Made by a program: the position numbers and the translations under genes. This document shows, in pieces, positions 10,483-20,396 of a stretch of 57,439 nucleotides of DNA (position 1 is the first letter of the stretch; each line of letters begins with the position of its first letter). Where the stretch lies: positions 1 to 57,439 of the forward strand of contig CAZRWF010000010.1 in the NCBI GenBank assembly GCA_964603685.1, in the 5' to 3' direction. The notes beneath the pieces were generated by a model. It was not told where the DNA came from. It ran no database searches and was given only the letters and a program-made list of their open reading frames with translations. This DNA is from an uncultured Chitinophagaceae bacterium (GTDB lineage Bacteria; Bacteroidota; Ignavibacteria; UBA10030; UBA8401).

Positions 10483-12912
10483 CTAACGTGACCTCCAATC
10501 GATCCGTTCGAGTGAAATTCCGTCCGATTCGAAGTGAATCGCCCCCTCACGGTCGGTCCGGAGTACGGTCGCACCGGTGGACAACAACCGGTCGATCACC
10601 GTCGGCGAAGGATGGCGGAATTTATTGAACCGGGCGACGGAAACAACCACTGTGGCGGGCGACACTGCGCGCACAAAAGGTTCGGAACTGCTTGTGGAGG
10701 AACCGTGATGTCCCGCCTTCAGGATATCGGAACGGAGGAAATTTCCGTAGATGTGTGAGAGATGCTCCTCCGCTTCCCGTTCCGCATCTCCGGTGAAAAG
10801 AACGGACGTGCCGCCGTACACCAGCTTGAACACTACCGATGATTCGTTCAAATGGGAATATCCGTTCGTCGAATCGGTGTCGATGAACCGGCGGGAAGGA
10901 TGGAGTACGTAGATCCGGGCATTGCCGACGGGAATGATCGTACCGGCGCGGGCGGCGATCCTGTCCGTATGGCCCCTTTCCGATTCATATTCATAAAAAA
11001 GTTTCGACTGCGCCCTCTGACCGGCATCGATGGTGCGTCGGACGGTAAAATTTCGGAGCAGATGGGGAACTCCTCCCAGATGATCCGCATGCGGATGCGA
11101 GGTGATCACCGCGTCGATCGTCGCAACTCCGTTCCGGCGCAAAAACGGTGCGACGATTTTTTCACCGGCATCAAATCCGGGGGATGACGGGCCGGCGTCG
11201 ACCACCATCGTTTCCCCTTCCGGAAATCGGATCACCGCACCGTCTCCCTGGCCGACATCGAGAAACGTAATCCGCAGCCGCGCTTCGTCCGATGCGGCAA
11301 CGGCATTCCACAGTTGTATGTTGAGAAGGATAATCGCAATAAGGAGAATCCGTTTCTGCACCGCGGCATTTCCGGCCGTGAAGAGCAATCCGACCGCCGC
11401 GCCGTAGACAACCGTTTCCGTCCACCCGAACGTCGCGGTATCGACCACCGCATACGGAACCGTCTCCGCCCATTTCACGAATCGTAACGTGATGAAGGCG
11501 ATGATATTGTTCACTTCGCTGAAACAGGAAGCAATCCACAGCGAAAGCGTTCCCAACAGTGCGCCGGTTAATCCGATCGTAACAATTAATCCCACCAGCG
11601 GGACCACCAACAGATTGGCAAATAATGAAACAATCGACACTTTCCCGAAATAAAGGGCAGTGAAGGGCAGTGTCCCGATCTGGGCCGCGAGCGAAACCGC
11701 AAAGAGCTGCCAGAGCCATTTCATCATCGCCAGTTCTTCCCAGACTTCGGGAATTTTCGGAATGAGCGCGTTCAATTTCGGATAAAAGTACACGATCGAA
11801 AAGACCGCGGAAAAGGAGAGTTGAAAACCGACATCAAACAGTTGTTTCGGTTCAATCATCAGAATAATAATTGCGGAGGCGCCGAGGAGATTGTAGACAT
11901 CGGTTCTCTCTTCGCGGTATTGTCCGACAAAGAATATGATCATCATCAGCGTCGATCGGACGACGGACGGTGTTGCCCCGGTCAGGTACATGTAATAGAG
12001 CAGAATGACGATCGCCATGACGATCTGCGGTTTGCGCGGAAACCGCAGGATACCGAGCAGCACAAAGATGATCTCGGCCACCAGCACCACATGCGAACCG
12101 GAAACGGCCAGCACATGGATGGTACCGGTGTTCATGAATGCATTTTTGATCTCCTCACTGATCTCCGTCCTGTCCCCCAACAGCAATCCGATCAAAAAAT
12201 TGGCCTCATCCCCGCTCATTACCGTGCGGATCGTACGAATGATGAACTCTTTGGAGGGGAAAATGACAAACTCGAAAAACGGATTCCCCTCTCGTTCGTC
12301 GGACACGATCACCGACGAATACCCTTCCGCACTGACCATGGCAAAAATATCGTTCAATGCCAGATAGTCGCGATAACTGAATTCACCGGGATTTCGTTCT
12401 TCCGGCGGCGCTTGCAACAATCCGCGCAGCGTAATCACGGCCCCGTACGGTATTTGGACCGGCTCCTCGTTCGACCGTTTTTTCGGGAAAATGGTTACCG
12501 TGGCTTTCCCTGTGACGCGAATTGTATCTTCCGCATCGGTTCCGGAGATCGAGCGGAGTGAGGCAAGGAATTTCGTCCTTCCGTTCGACCATCGCGGCTG
12601 ATCAATCACCGTGCAACGGATCGACAGCGTGTCCGACCGGTCCAGATATTTCGTGATATGGTCGCTGTCGGGAAGCTGATGCCGGAGTGCAAAGGAGGCG
12701 GCGCTCGCCAGGAGTAAAGCGAGCAGCATGAAAGGTGAGCGCAGCAGCATCCTTCCGGCCGTTCGCCGGTCAAAAAAATACCGGATCATGGCAACAACAA
12801 GGCACACTGCTGCCGACACGGTGAAAACAATCCACGAGCCGCCGGTGTGGCGTGCGAGAAGAATCCCTGCGGCGATGGCGATCGCGCCGGTCAGGGCCGG
12901 TCTTCGTTTCAT
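10483..12912 (-). CDS. comEC: DNA internalization competence protein ComEC/Rec2
   Basis: DUF4131-like N-terminus, competence domain (HVLAVSGSHV, GFQLSF) and metallo-beta-lactamase domain (DVGQGD, SHPHADHLGG, KAGHHGS). Confidence 0.93.
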   Translation of the reverse strand: MKRRPALTGAIAIAAGILLARHTGGSWIVFTVSAAVCLVVAMIRYFFDRRTAGRMLLRSPFMLLALLLASAASFALRHQLPDSDHITKYLDRSDTLSIRCTVIDQPRWSNGRTKFLASLRSISGTDAEDTIRVTGKATVTIFPKKRSNEEPVQIPYGAVITLRGLLQAPPEERNPGEFSYRDYLALNDIFAMVSAEGYSSVIVSDEREGNPFFEFVIFPSKEFIIRTIRTVMSGDEANFLIGLLLGDRTEISEEIKNAFMNTGTIHVLAVSGSHVVLVAEIIFVLLGILRFPRKPQIVMAIVILLYYMYLTGATPSVVRSTLMMIIFFVGQYREERTDVYNLLGASAIIILMIEPKQLFDVGFQLSFSAVFSIVYFYPKLNALIPKIPEVWEELAMMKWLWQLFAVSLAAQIGTLPFTALYFGKVSIVSLFANLLVVPLVGLIVTIGLTGALLGTLSLWIASCFSEVNNIIAFITLRFVKWAETVPYAVVDTATFGWTETVVYGAAVGLLFTAGNAAVQKRILLIAIILLNIQLWNAVAASDEARLRITFLDVGQGDGAVIRFPEGETMVVDAGPSSPGFDAGEKIVAPFLRRNGVATIDAVITSHPHADHLGGVPHLLRNFTVRRTIDAGQRAQSKLFYEYESERGHTDRIAARAGTIIPVGNARIYVLHPSRRFIDTDSTNGYSHLNESSVVFKLVYGGTSVLFTGDAEREAEEHLSHIYGNFLRSDILKAGHHGSSTSSSEPFVRAVSPATVVVSVARFNKFRHPSPTVIDRLLSTGATVLRTDREGAIHFESDGISLERIDWRSR

Positions 12913-12913
12913 C

Positions 12914-13831
12914 TTACCTGTTCAGAGTGTGGAAATAATCGACTACGGCAGGGGTGATATGCGCAAGGTTTTTGATACGCGAGGAAAAAAATGAATGCAA
13001 CGATCCGACAAGAATCAGCGGAACGGGATTTTTTGTGTGCGTTTTTACCGAAAGGTCTTCGATGTTTCCGTGATCGCTCACCATCAACAGCATGTCCCGT
13101 TCCATGTCGAACGATTTCAGGATGCCGGAGAGAAATTGATCCATCCGTTCCAGCATCTTCACGGCCATTGCACGGTCTTGTGCATGTCCCGCATGGTCCG
13201 TGATGAAATATTCGAAAAAGATCAGGTCATTCTCTTGTCCCAAACGGAAGAACAGTTCTCCGGCATCACGAGGATCGGTCGGCGCCACCTCCGGATGCCC
13301 GAGTTCATGCCACCGGGTGCCGGCGATATCGGCGGAGACCGCCCGCTGTTGAATGATCTCTTCGTGCGTATTTAATGTTTTGCCGGTGGAAGTGTACGCC
13401 AGCGCAATGGTCGGCACACGCCCTTTGGGGCCGAAAATATGATCGAAATACCGCCGCGGATATCCGTTCGCAAAAAAATACCGTTTCCCCATTTTTTTCA
13501 ATTGAGCGAAGAGATTCCGTTCCTTAATGACCGGAACAAGCGTGGAGTACGGGTGCGGGCCGAAATGTTTTCCGACGAGTTTGGGGGCATTAACGCCGGT
13601 CATAATCGCGGTCTGGCCGGTTCCGCTTTGCGGCAGACCGGGAACGCGAAGCGTGGTGTTCACCGGCGAAAAAGAGACGGTGCGGGAAGCGAATCGTTTT
13701 CGCGACAATGACGGAAGGTCACCGTCGAACAGGCCACGCAATGTCGGCAACTCGGCGGCGAAGAACGGATTGGTTTCGGGATCCTTTTTTCCGTATCCGA
13801 CACCGTCCCAAAAAATGAAGTAGAAGGCCAT
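12914..13831 (-). CDS. Alkaline-phosphatase-superfamily metalloenzyme (iPGM/phosphopentomutase-like catalytic core)
   Basis: WDGVGYG, PQSGTGQ, TDHAGH, VSDHGNIED, HTKNPVP metal-binding motifs; only 305 aa. Confidence 0.75.
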   Translation of the reverse strand: MAFYFIFWDGVGYGKKDPETNPFFAAELPTLRGLFDGDLPSLSRKRFASRTVSFSPVNTTLRVPGLPQSGTGQTAIMTGVNAPKLVGKHFGPHPYSTLVPVIKERNLFAQLKKMGKRYFFANGYPRRYFDHIFGPKGRVPTIALAYTSTGKTLNTHEEIIQQRAVSADIAGTRWHELGHPEVAPTDPRDAGELFFRLGQENDLIFFEYFITDHAGHAQDRAMAVKMLERMDQFLSGILKSFDMERDMLLMVSDHGNIEDLSVKTHTKNPVPLILVGSLHSFFSSRIKNLAHITPAVVDYFHTLNR

Positions 13832-13870
13832 GGCAAAAAATAGAGAATTTCCCGTTGGAAATCTGCGGCG

Positions 13871-14350
13871 TCACATTGCCGAATCCGGTCCGGCGGCGGC
13901 AGGAGTTTTTGATTCGACAATCACCGTGACCGGACCGTTGTTGACGAGGGAGACATCCATCATGGCGCGGAACACACCGGTGGCCACTCGCTCCGTACCG
14001 ACGATGGATCGCAGATGATGAACAAAATGGTCGTAGAGCGGTTCTGCCGTTGCGGGGGGCGCGGCCTCGACGAAACTCGGTCGATTCCCTTTTTTCGTGT
14101 CGCCGTACAATGTAAACTGCGAGATCACCAGTATCGATCCCCCCGTCTCCTTCACCGACAGATTCATTTTCCCCTCCGCATCTTCAAAGATCCTCAGCGC
14201 GGCGCATTTTTCCGCGACGAACCGGGCATCGTCCGCCGTATCCCCCGTCTTCACTCCGAGCAGGATCACCACACCCGGCCCGATAGATCCCACCGTTGCA
14301 CTGTCGATCGACACCGATGCGGAGGAGACCCGTTGTATGACCGCTTTCAT
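13871..14350 (-). CDS. dtd: D-aminoacyl-tRNA deacylase
   Basis: [29 protein letters not shown]. Confidence 0.96.
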   Translation of the reverse strand: MKAVIQRVSSASVSIDSATVGSIGPGVVILLGVKTGDTADDARFVAEKCAALRIFEDAEGKMNLSVKETGGSILVISQFTLYGDTKKGNRPSFVEAAPPATAEPLYDHFVHHLRSIVGTERVATGVFRAMMDVSLVNNGPVTVIVESKTPAAAGPDSAM

Positions 14351-15243
14351 GAATTCACCGCGATGATGTGCCGTGGGATTTTTTGATAATCGGGTACGAT
14401 CGAATGGATCCGGAATCCATTGGACTCCAGTATTCGTCGGACATTGTCCGACTGGTCGAAGGCGTGTTCCACTGCCAGTATGCCATTCGGCACCAAAACG
14501 GATTTCGCCACTGCGGCGATGGCGGGGTAAAAACTGAGCCCGTCCTTCGCATCAGTCAACGCAACGGCCGGTTCAAAATCTTTCACTTCTCTGCTCACCA
14601 ATCGAAATTCCTCTTGTGAGATATACGGCGGATTCGAAACGATGCAGTGACAATCGGTCGGTATCGGCGTATGGTCATCCGACATCAGATCCCACTGCGT
14701 AAAGACGATTCTTTCGAGCACACCGTTCCTTTCCGCGTTCGATCGCGCCACGGTCAACGCCGCTTCCGAAATATCCGCAGCGATGATCTCTGCGTTCGGC
14801 AGCGCTTTGGCGAGACTGACGGCGATACATCCGCTTCCCGTCCCGAGATCGGCAATCCGCAGCGGCTGCTCGCTGCCGAACTGCGCCTTCAATGCCTTCG
14901 TTGTCTCCTCCACCAGCAATTCGGTTTCCGGCCGGGGGATGAGCACGTCGGGTGTCACACGGAACGAGAGTCCCATAAATTCCGTACTGCCGAGAATGTA
15001 CTGAAGCGGTTCGCGGTTCAACCGGCGCTGCAAAAAAGATTTCAGCCGGGTAAGTTCATCCTCGGCGAGCGGTTTGTCGAAATTGGTGTAGAGCTGAATG
15101 CGTGCCGTTTGCAGAACGGCGGAGAGGAGCAGTTCCATGGTGAGGCGTGCGTCGTCGATCTTTTTTTCCGTGAGATATCCCGTCCCCCAGGTGATCATCT
15201 CCAGAATGGTCCATGTCTTTTTGCCGTTGTCGCGTGCGCTCAA
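14347..15243 (-). CDS. prmC: Release factor glutamine methyltransferase
   Basis: [32 protein letters not shown]. Confidence 0.95.
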   Translation of the reverse strand: MSARDNGKKTWTILEMITWGTGYLTEKKIDDARLTMELLLSAVLQTARIQLYTNFDKPLAEDELTRLKSFLQRRLNREPLQYILGSTEFMGLSFRVTPDVLIPRPETELLVEETTKALKAQFGSEQPLRIADLGTGSGCIAVSLAKALPNAEIIAADISEAALTVARSNAERNGVLERIVFTQWDLMSDDHTPIPTDCHCIVSNPPYISQEEFRLVSREVKDFEPAVALTDAKDGLSFYPAIAAVAKSVLVPNGILAVEHAFDQSDNVRRILESNGFRIHSIVPDYQKIPRHIIAVNS

Positions 15244-15246
15244 TCG

Positions 15247-15765
15247 TTATTTCTTTCCCCGTGAAGATTTGCCGATCTTCGGCGTCGCTTTGACATGTTT
15301 CGTTTTGGGAAGGACGGTCTTCTGCTTGGCGGCGTGGGTCGCCGGATGTTTCGCGGTGGAACGATTCCCCGAATTCACCGAATGCGCCGGGGAGGGCGTA
15401 TCGTCATCATCATCGTCGGCCGGCCGTTTCCGTTCGTACTTTTTCAAGCCAACAATCTGATCTTGATTGAATCCCAGTTTTTCCATCTTCTCCACTTCGA
15501 AAAAATCCTCTCCGACCTCGTATTCTCCTTCTTCTTCGCCGATATCGACATCATCCTCGATCTCTTCTTCGGTTTTTACGGCGACGAACACGAAACGTTT
15601 ATCCGCTTCGATCAGCATTTCGAAGTCACCGAGATTTTCCGGCATGTCGAAGGAATGTTCCTCCGCCCGTTCCGCCATCTCGTCCCACAGTTCGAGGATC
15701 GGCACCTCCTTTGTCCGATGCCCTTCCAGATATTTTTCGGCTTCCGAGAGTAATTTTTCGTACAT
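15247..15765 (-). CDS. Hypothetical protein: putative HTH N-terminus, acidic centre, Lys-rich tail (RNAP delta-like?)
   Basis: 172-aa ORF with SD-like GGAGG upstream, packed between the amidohydrolase (19 nt gap) and prmC (3 nt gap). Confidence 0.75.
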   Translation of the reverse strand: MYEKLLSEAEKYLEGHRTKEVPILELWDEMAERAEEHSFDMPENLGDFEMLIEADKRFVFVAVKTEEEIEDDVDIGEEEGEYEVGEDFFEVEKMEKLGFNQDQIVGLKKYERKRPADDDDDDTPSPAHSVNSGNRSTAKHPATHAAKQKTVLPKTKHVKATPKIGKSSRGKK

Positions 15766-15784
15766 ACAACCTCCGAACGATGTT

Positions 15785-17548
15785 CTATGGCCGTTGATAT
15801 TTCACCACGCCGCCGATGATCGTCATTTCCACAACGGTGTCGAGGATGCGCTTCGGTTCAATGGTCATGATATCCTGCGAAAGCATCACCAGGTCGGCGA
15901 GTTTCCCCTCTTCGATGCTCCCTTTTTCTTTCTCCATAAATTCCGCGTACGCGCCCCACATCGTGAAGGAACGGAGCGCTTCGGCCCGCGTCATTTTTTG
16001 CGGGGCATACCAGCCGCCGGTGAAATAGGACGAATCTTTCACCCCTTCGGGAGAAAGTTGAAACCGATCGATCACATCCGTTGCGTCACGGGGAATTCCG
16101 TTCACATCCTGCCGGGTCACCGCCGCGTAAAAGCCGAGAAGCGGGTTCGGCAGTTCGACGGGAAAATCGGAACCGGAGGGAATGATGTTCCCCTCCTCAA
16201 TCAGCGACCGCCAGGCATACGCACCGAGAATTCGGTCCGGACCGAGGCGTGCTTGCGCCCAATACATGTCCGACGTAGCATGTGTCGGCTGCATGCTGGG
16301 AATAACATTCCATTGTTTGAATCGGGGAATATCCTCCGGTGCGATCACTTGCGCGTGTTCGATCCGCAGCCGGGCGGACCGCACCTCGTCCGGAAACCGT
16401 TGTGCCGCCGACGCGAACGCGTCGAGCACTTTCCTGTTTGCCCGATCGCCGATGGCGTGAACGCACACCTGAAATCCGTGACGCAGCGCCTGTTCGGTGA
16501 TCGCCCGGACGGAATCCGGCGGTGTGGTGATCAATCCGCGGCTCCCCGGCTCGTCGGAATACGGTTCGATCAGCGCGGCGCCGCGCGATCCGAGTGCGCC
16601 GTCCATGTATAGTTTTATCGACCGGACGGACAACATCCTTCCGATATGGTCCACGAACGGCCCGGTACGGAGCATTTCGTTCCATAACGCGCCGTTTCCG
16701 CCGACCTGTGCATTGATCCGTACCGTAAGGCGCCGCTGTTCGAGCAGTTCGCGGTAGATCGCATAATCCTCCGCATCGATCCCCATATCGTGCACGCCGG
16801 TGATGCCGAGCCGCAGGCATTCGTTCAATGCCGCTTCGTACAAACGTTTTTTCTGCTCTTTGGAATAATCGGGTACGGCTTTGCGAATAAGCGTTTCGGC
16901 ATTGTCCACGAAAATGCCGGTCGGTTTGCCGAAGCGGTCCCGGAGGATCTTACCGCCGTCGACATCGATATTCATGTCTGACGACATTGCGGCGATGTTC
17001 ATCGCTTTGGAGTTCACCCAGATGGCATGTCCGTCAATGCGCGACAGTATGACGGGATTGTCGGGCGACACTTTATCCAACATCTCCGCCGTCGGGAACG
17101 GTTTTTGCCCCGCACCACTTCCCCAATCGTTTTGATCCCATCCGCGGCCGCGAATCCATTCTCCCGGTGCAGCAGCGCGGACTTTCTCGGCGAGTTTATT
17201 CGTGATCTCTTCGACGGAAGTAGTGCCGACAAGATTTAGTTCGGACAAACTTTGGCCGAGTCCCATCACATGCGCATGCGCATCGATCAATCCCGGAACG
17301 ATCGTCTTTCCTTTCGCATCGATCACATTTTGGGAAACATACTGATTTTGTATATCTTGCGAAGTACCGACGGCAACGATCCTGCTTCCGCGGATCGCCA
17401 CCGCTTCGGCGACGGAATTTTCCGCATCGACGGTGTAAAGAACGGCGTTGACGATCAGCAGATCAGCCGTTTGTTTGCGCGACGTGATCGTCCAAAATGT
17501 TCCGACGGTGACGGCGATGGAGAGGAGTATCAGGAGGAATTTTTTCAT
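15785..17548 (-). CDS. Amidohydrolase 3 (YtcJ-like) with N-terminal signal/anchor
   Basis: PGLIDAHAH, IKLYMDGALGSRGA, HAIGDRA, RIEHAQ, GSDFPVE. Confidence 0.9.
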   Translation of the reverse strand: MKKFLLILLSIAVTVGTFWTITSRKQTADLLIVNAVLYTVDAENSVAEAVAIRGSRIVAVGTSQDIQNQYVSQNVIDAKGKTIVPGLIDAHAHVMGLGQSLSELNLVGTTSVEEITNKLAEKVRAAAPGEWIRGRGWDQNDWGSGAGQKPFPTAEMLDKVSPDNPVILSRIDGHAIWVNSKAMNIAAMSSDMNIDVDGGKILRDRFGKPTGIFVDNAETLIRKAVPDYSKEQKKRLYEAALNECLRLGITGVHDMGIDAEDYAIYRELLEQRRLTVRINAQVGGNGALWNEMLRTGPFVDHIGRMLSVRSIKLYMDGALGSRGAALIEPYSDEPGSRGLITTPPDSVRAITEQALRHGFQVCVHAIGDRANRKVLDAFASAAQRFPDEVRSARLRIEHAQVIAPEDIPRFKQWNVIPSMQPTHATSDMYWAQARLGPDRILGAYAWRSLIEEGNIIPSGSDFPVELPNPLLGFYAAVTRQDVNGIPRDATDVIDRFQLSPEGVKDSSYFTGGWYAPQKMTRAEALRSFTMWGAYAEFMEKEKGSIEEGKLADLVMLSQDIMTIEPKRILDTVVEMTIIGGVVKYQRP

Positions 17549-17657
17549 CGAAGATCCGGAAAAACCGTTGCGAAAATATAGATGGAATTTTGACGAAAGT
17601 CCAATAAGGAATCGGGCGAATTTTTCGCCGCACGCTCACCGATCAACCGGGGAAACG

Positions 17658-18410
17658 ATGAAAGAATTCGATGAATTTGTCGCGATCATGAAACGCCTGC
17701 GGAACGAATGTCCGTGGGACAAGGAACAGACACACGAATCGCTCAAAAAACATTTCGTCGAAGAGGCGTACGAAGCGCTCGATGCGATCGACCGGAACCG
17801 GTACGACGAATTGAAGGGGGAACTGGGCGATGTGGCGCTGCAAGTGGCGTTCCACGCCATCATCGCCGAAGAACAGAACCGCTTCACGTTATCCGACGTC
17901 TTCACGGCGATCAATGAAAAATTGATCCGCCGGCACCCGCACGTGTTCGGCGATGCGGTCGTCCGGACCGGCGCGGAACAATCCGCACTGTGGGATTCGA
18001 TCAAAATGTCCGAAGGACGCCTTTCCGTGCTGGACGGCATACCGAACGCCCTCCCCGCTTTGATGAAAGCCGAAAAGGTGCAAAAAAAAGCGGCGAAGGT
18101 CGGCTTCGAATGGGAACACCGCGACGATGTCTGGAAAAAAGTGGAGGAAGAGTTGGGCGAACTCCGCGCCGCGGTGGAGAGCAACGACCGGCGGCACATG
18201 TCGGAAGAATTCGGCGACCTCCTCTTCTCTCTGGTGAACTACGCCCGATTTATCGCCGTCGATCCGGAAGAATCACTGCAATCGACCATCCGTAAATTTA
18301 CCGACCGGTTCCGGTACATCGAAGAACAACTCGCGCAACAGGGAAAGGATATCCACCATACCGGATTGCAGGAAATGGATGCGTTGTGGAACGAAGCAAA
18401 AAATCGATAA
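17658..18410 (+). CDS. mazG: Nucleoside triphosphate pyrophosphohydrolase MazG
   Basis: LRNECPWDKEQTHESL, EEAYE, ELGDVALQ, KLIRRHPHVFG, and a second domain EEFGDLLF. Confidence 0.94.
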   Translation: MKEFDEFVAIMKRLRNECPWDKEQTHESLKKHFVEEAYEALDAIDRNRYDELKGELGDVALQVAFHAIIAEEQNRFTLSDVFTAINEKLIRRHPHVFGDAVVRTGAEQSALWDSIKMSEGRLSVLDGIPNALPALMKAEKVQKKAAKVGFEWEHRDDVWKKVEEELGELRAAVESNDRRHMSEEFGDLLFSLVNYARFIAVDPEESLQSTIRKFTDRFRYIEEQLAQQGKDIHHTGLQEMDALWNEAKNR

Positions 18411-18413
18411 CGG

Positions 18414-19388
18414 TTACCTTCCCCGTTTCCCTTCTTTTTCGCCGAATACACCGTACGCCTCGATGATCTCCTTGACCAGCCGGTGGCGCACCACGTCGTT
18501 TTTGTCGAAATAGACAAAATCGATCCCTTCGATCTTCGTCAGCACCTCCTGGATTTGCACCAATCCTGAAACGACGTTGTTCGGAAGATCAATCTGCGTC
18601 ACGTCCCCGGTGATGATCGCTTTGGAATTATTGCCGAGACGGGTGAGAAACATCTTCATCTGCATCGCGGTCGCATTCTGCGCTTCGTCCAAAATGATAA
18701 ATGCGTTGTGCAGCGTGCGGCCGCGCATATACGCCAGCGGCACGATCTCGATGATCCGGCGTTCCATATATAACTTCAGCTTTTCGCTCGGCAGCATGTC
18801 GTCCAGCGCATCGTAAAGCGGACGGAGGTACGGATCGATCTTTTGTGCCATATCGCCCGGAAGGAATCCGAGCGATTCCCCCGCTTCCACGGCGGGCCGG
18901 GCGAGCACGATCTTGCTCACGTCGTTGTTTTTCAGCGCAGCCACCGCCATCGCCACCGCCAGATACGTTTTTCCCGTTCCGGCCGGTCCGATCGCAAACA
19001 GAATATCGTTCCGCTGCGCTTTGTCCAAATAATCCCGCTGCGTGGGTGTTTTCGCTTTGATGATCGAATTTTTCGTGAACAACACCGCTACATCGTTCCC
19101 TTTCAGTTTTGCCGCACCGAACGAAGGCGGAGTGATGTCCACGACGAGATCCAGCACGGTGTTGACATCATTTGCCGTCAGTGTTCCGTTTTTCCCGAGC
19201 AAAAATTGGAGTTCGTTGAACACCCGTTCCAGCTGCTCGAGCTCCTGTTCTTCTCCGCGGAGAGAGATGTGACTCCCCCGGGCGGTGATGGAAGCGTCGA
19301 AGCGTTGTTCGATGAGATGAAGGTGTGAATCATTATATCCCAGCAGCGACAACGGATCGACCTCTTTGATCGTTAATTTCTTTTCGAT
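18414..19388 (-). CDS. phoH: PhoH family ATPase/RNA helicase (PhoH-like)
   Basis: GPAGTGKT, RPAVEAGE, LGFLPGD, RGRTL, DEAQN, GDVTQIDL. No ATG start is available; probable ATC start at 19388 behind AAGGAG (fallback TTG at 19352). Confidence 0.9.
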   Translation of the reverse strand: MEKKLTIKEVDPLSLLGYNDSHLHLIEQRFDASITARGSHISLRGEEQELEQLERVFNELQFLLGKNGTLTANDVNTVLDLVVDITPPSFGAAKLKGNDVAVLFTKNSIIKAKTPTQRDYLDKAQRNDILFAIGPAGTGKTYLAVAMAVAALKNNDVSKIVLARPAVEAGESLGFLPGDMAQKIDPYLRPLYDALDDMLPSEKLKLYMERRIIEIVPLAYMRGRTLHNAFIILDEAQNATAMQMKMFLTRLGNNSKAIITGDVTQIDLPNNVVSGLVQIQEVLTKIEGIDFVYFDKNDVVRHRLVKEIIEAYGVFGEKEGKRGR

Positions 19389-19430
19389 GGTGTTCGTACT
19401 CCTTGGTATTGTTGTGACTAACGTCGGTAA

Positions 19431-19796
19431 TTAAAAACAATTTTTCAACACGCGGCAATGTGCTGTTCCGTTGACCGACAGCACGGTCACCACATCAAAT
19501 CGGCATTCCGTATCGGTGATATTCCGTTCCGCCACATATCCTTCCGCGGTGCGACGGAGCAATTCCTGCTTTTTCGGCGTGACCGACTCTTCCGGTTCGC
19601 CGAATCGATCGGAGGTTCGGTATTTTACTTCCACAAAAACGAGCGTTCCGCCGTCACGGGCGATGATATCGATCTCTCCCCGTTGAAAATAATAATTTTG
19701 TTCCACAATCTCATATCCGTTCTTCAACAGCCAATCGGCCGCAATCCGCTCACCCGTCCGACCGGCTTCCCTCCGGTTGTTCTTCTCCGCCGTCAC
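19431..19796 (-). CDS. yraN: YraN family (UPF0102) endonuclease-like protein
   Basis: GERIAADWL, GEIDIIA, FVEVKYR, CRFDVV; GTGA overlap with rnhB. Confidence 0.9.
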   Translation of the reverse strand: MTAEKNNRREAGRTGERIAADWLLKNGYEIVEQNYYFQRGEIDIIARDGGTLVFVEVKYRTSDRFGEPEESVTPKKQELLRRTAEGYVAERNITDTECRFDVVTVLSVNGTAHCRVLKNCF

Positions 19797-20395
19797 GGCG
19801 CCGGTTCCGCTCCGTCCACATGGAACGACCGTCGATGAATCGGGGAAAAACCGTGCGTCCGGATCGCATCAATGTGCGCTTTTGTTCCGTACCCTTTGTG
19901 CCGGGCAAATCCGTATTCCGGATACGCTTCATGCAGCTCCTTCATCAGCGCATCGCGCGTCACTTTCGCAACGATCGATGCGGCGGCGATGGAGTGAGAG
20001 AGCGCATCCCCTTTGACGATATTTTCCACCGGAAATCGTTCGTGCCGGAAAAAATTTCCGTCGACCAGCAATTGTTCCGGTGCGGACGAGAGCGCATCGA
20101 TTGCCTTGTTCATCGCCAGGAATGACGCCTGCAGGATGTTGATCCGGTCGATCACATCATGCGCGACAATTCCGACGCCGACACTCACTGCCCGGTCATG
20201 GATCCGATGGAACAGTGATTCCCTTTTCTTTTCCGTCAGCTTTTTGGAATCGTTCACACCGTCGATGATTTCACCCGGCGGAAATATTACGGCAGCCGCA
20301 ACGACCGGCCCCGCCAGCGGTCCGCGCCCCGCCTCATCCACGCCGGCGATCCGCAGAACTCCGGCATCCCAATATTTTTTTTCATACGTCAGCAT
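19793..20395 (-). CDS. rnhB: Ribonuclease HII
   Basis: GVDEAGRGPLAGPV, DSKKL, VDGN, KGDALS, AASIVAKVTRD, HKGYGT, HRRSF. Confidence 0.96.
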   Translation of the reverse strand: MLTYEKKYWDAGVLRIAGVDEAGRGPLAGPVVAAAVIFPPGEIIDGVNDSKKLTEKKRESLFHRIHDRAVSVGVGIVAHDVIDRINILQASFLAMNKAIDALSSAPEQLLVDGNFFRHERFPVENIVKGDALSHSIAAASIVAKVTRDALMKELHEAYPEYGFARHKGYGTKAHIDAIRTHGFSPIHRRSFHVDGAEPAP

Positions 20396-20396
20396 G

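Noticed and set aside
17448-19796. mazG, phoH and yraN as a toxin-antitoxin or anti-phage module
   Set aside because: These are the two-domain housekeeping MazG, standard PhoH-like and YraN proteins in ordinary contexts; no toxin, antitoxin or defence effector is nearby.
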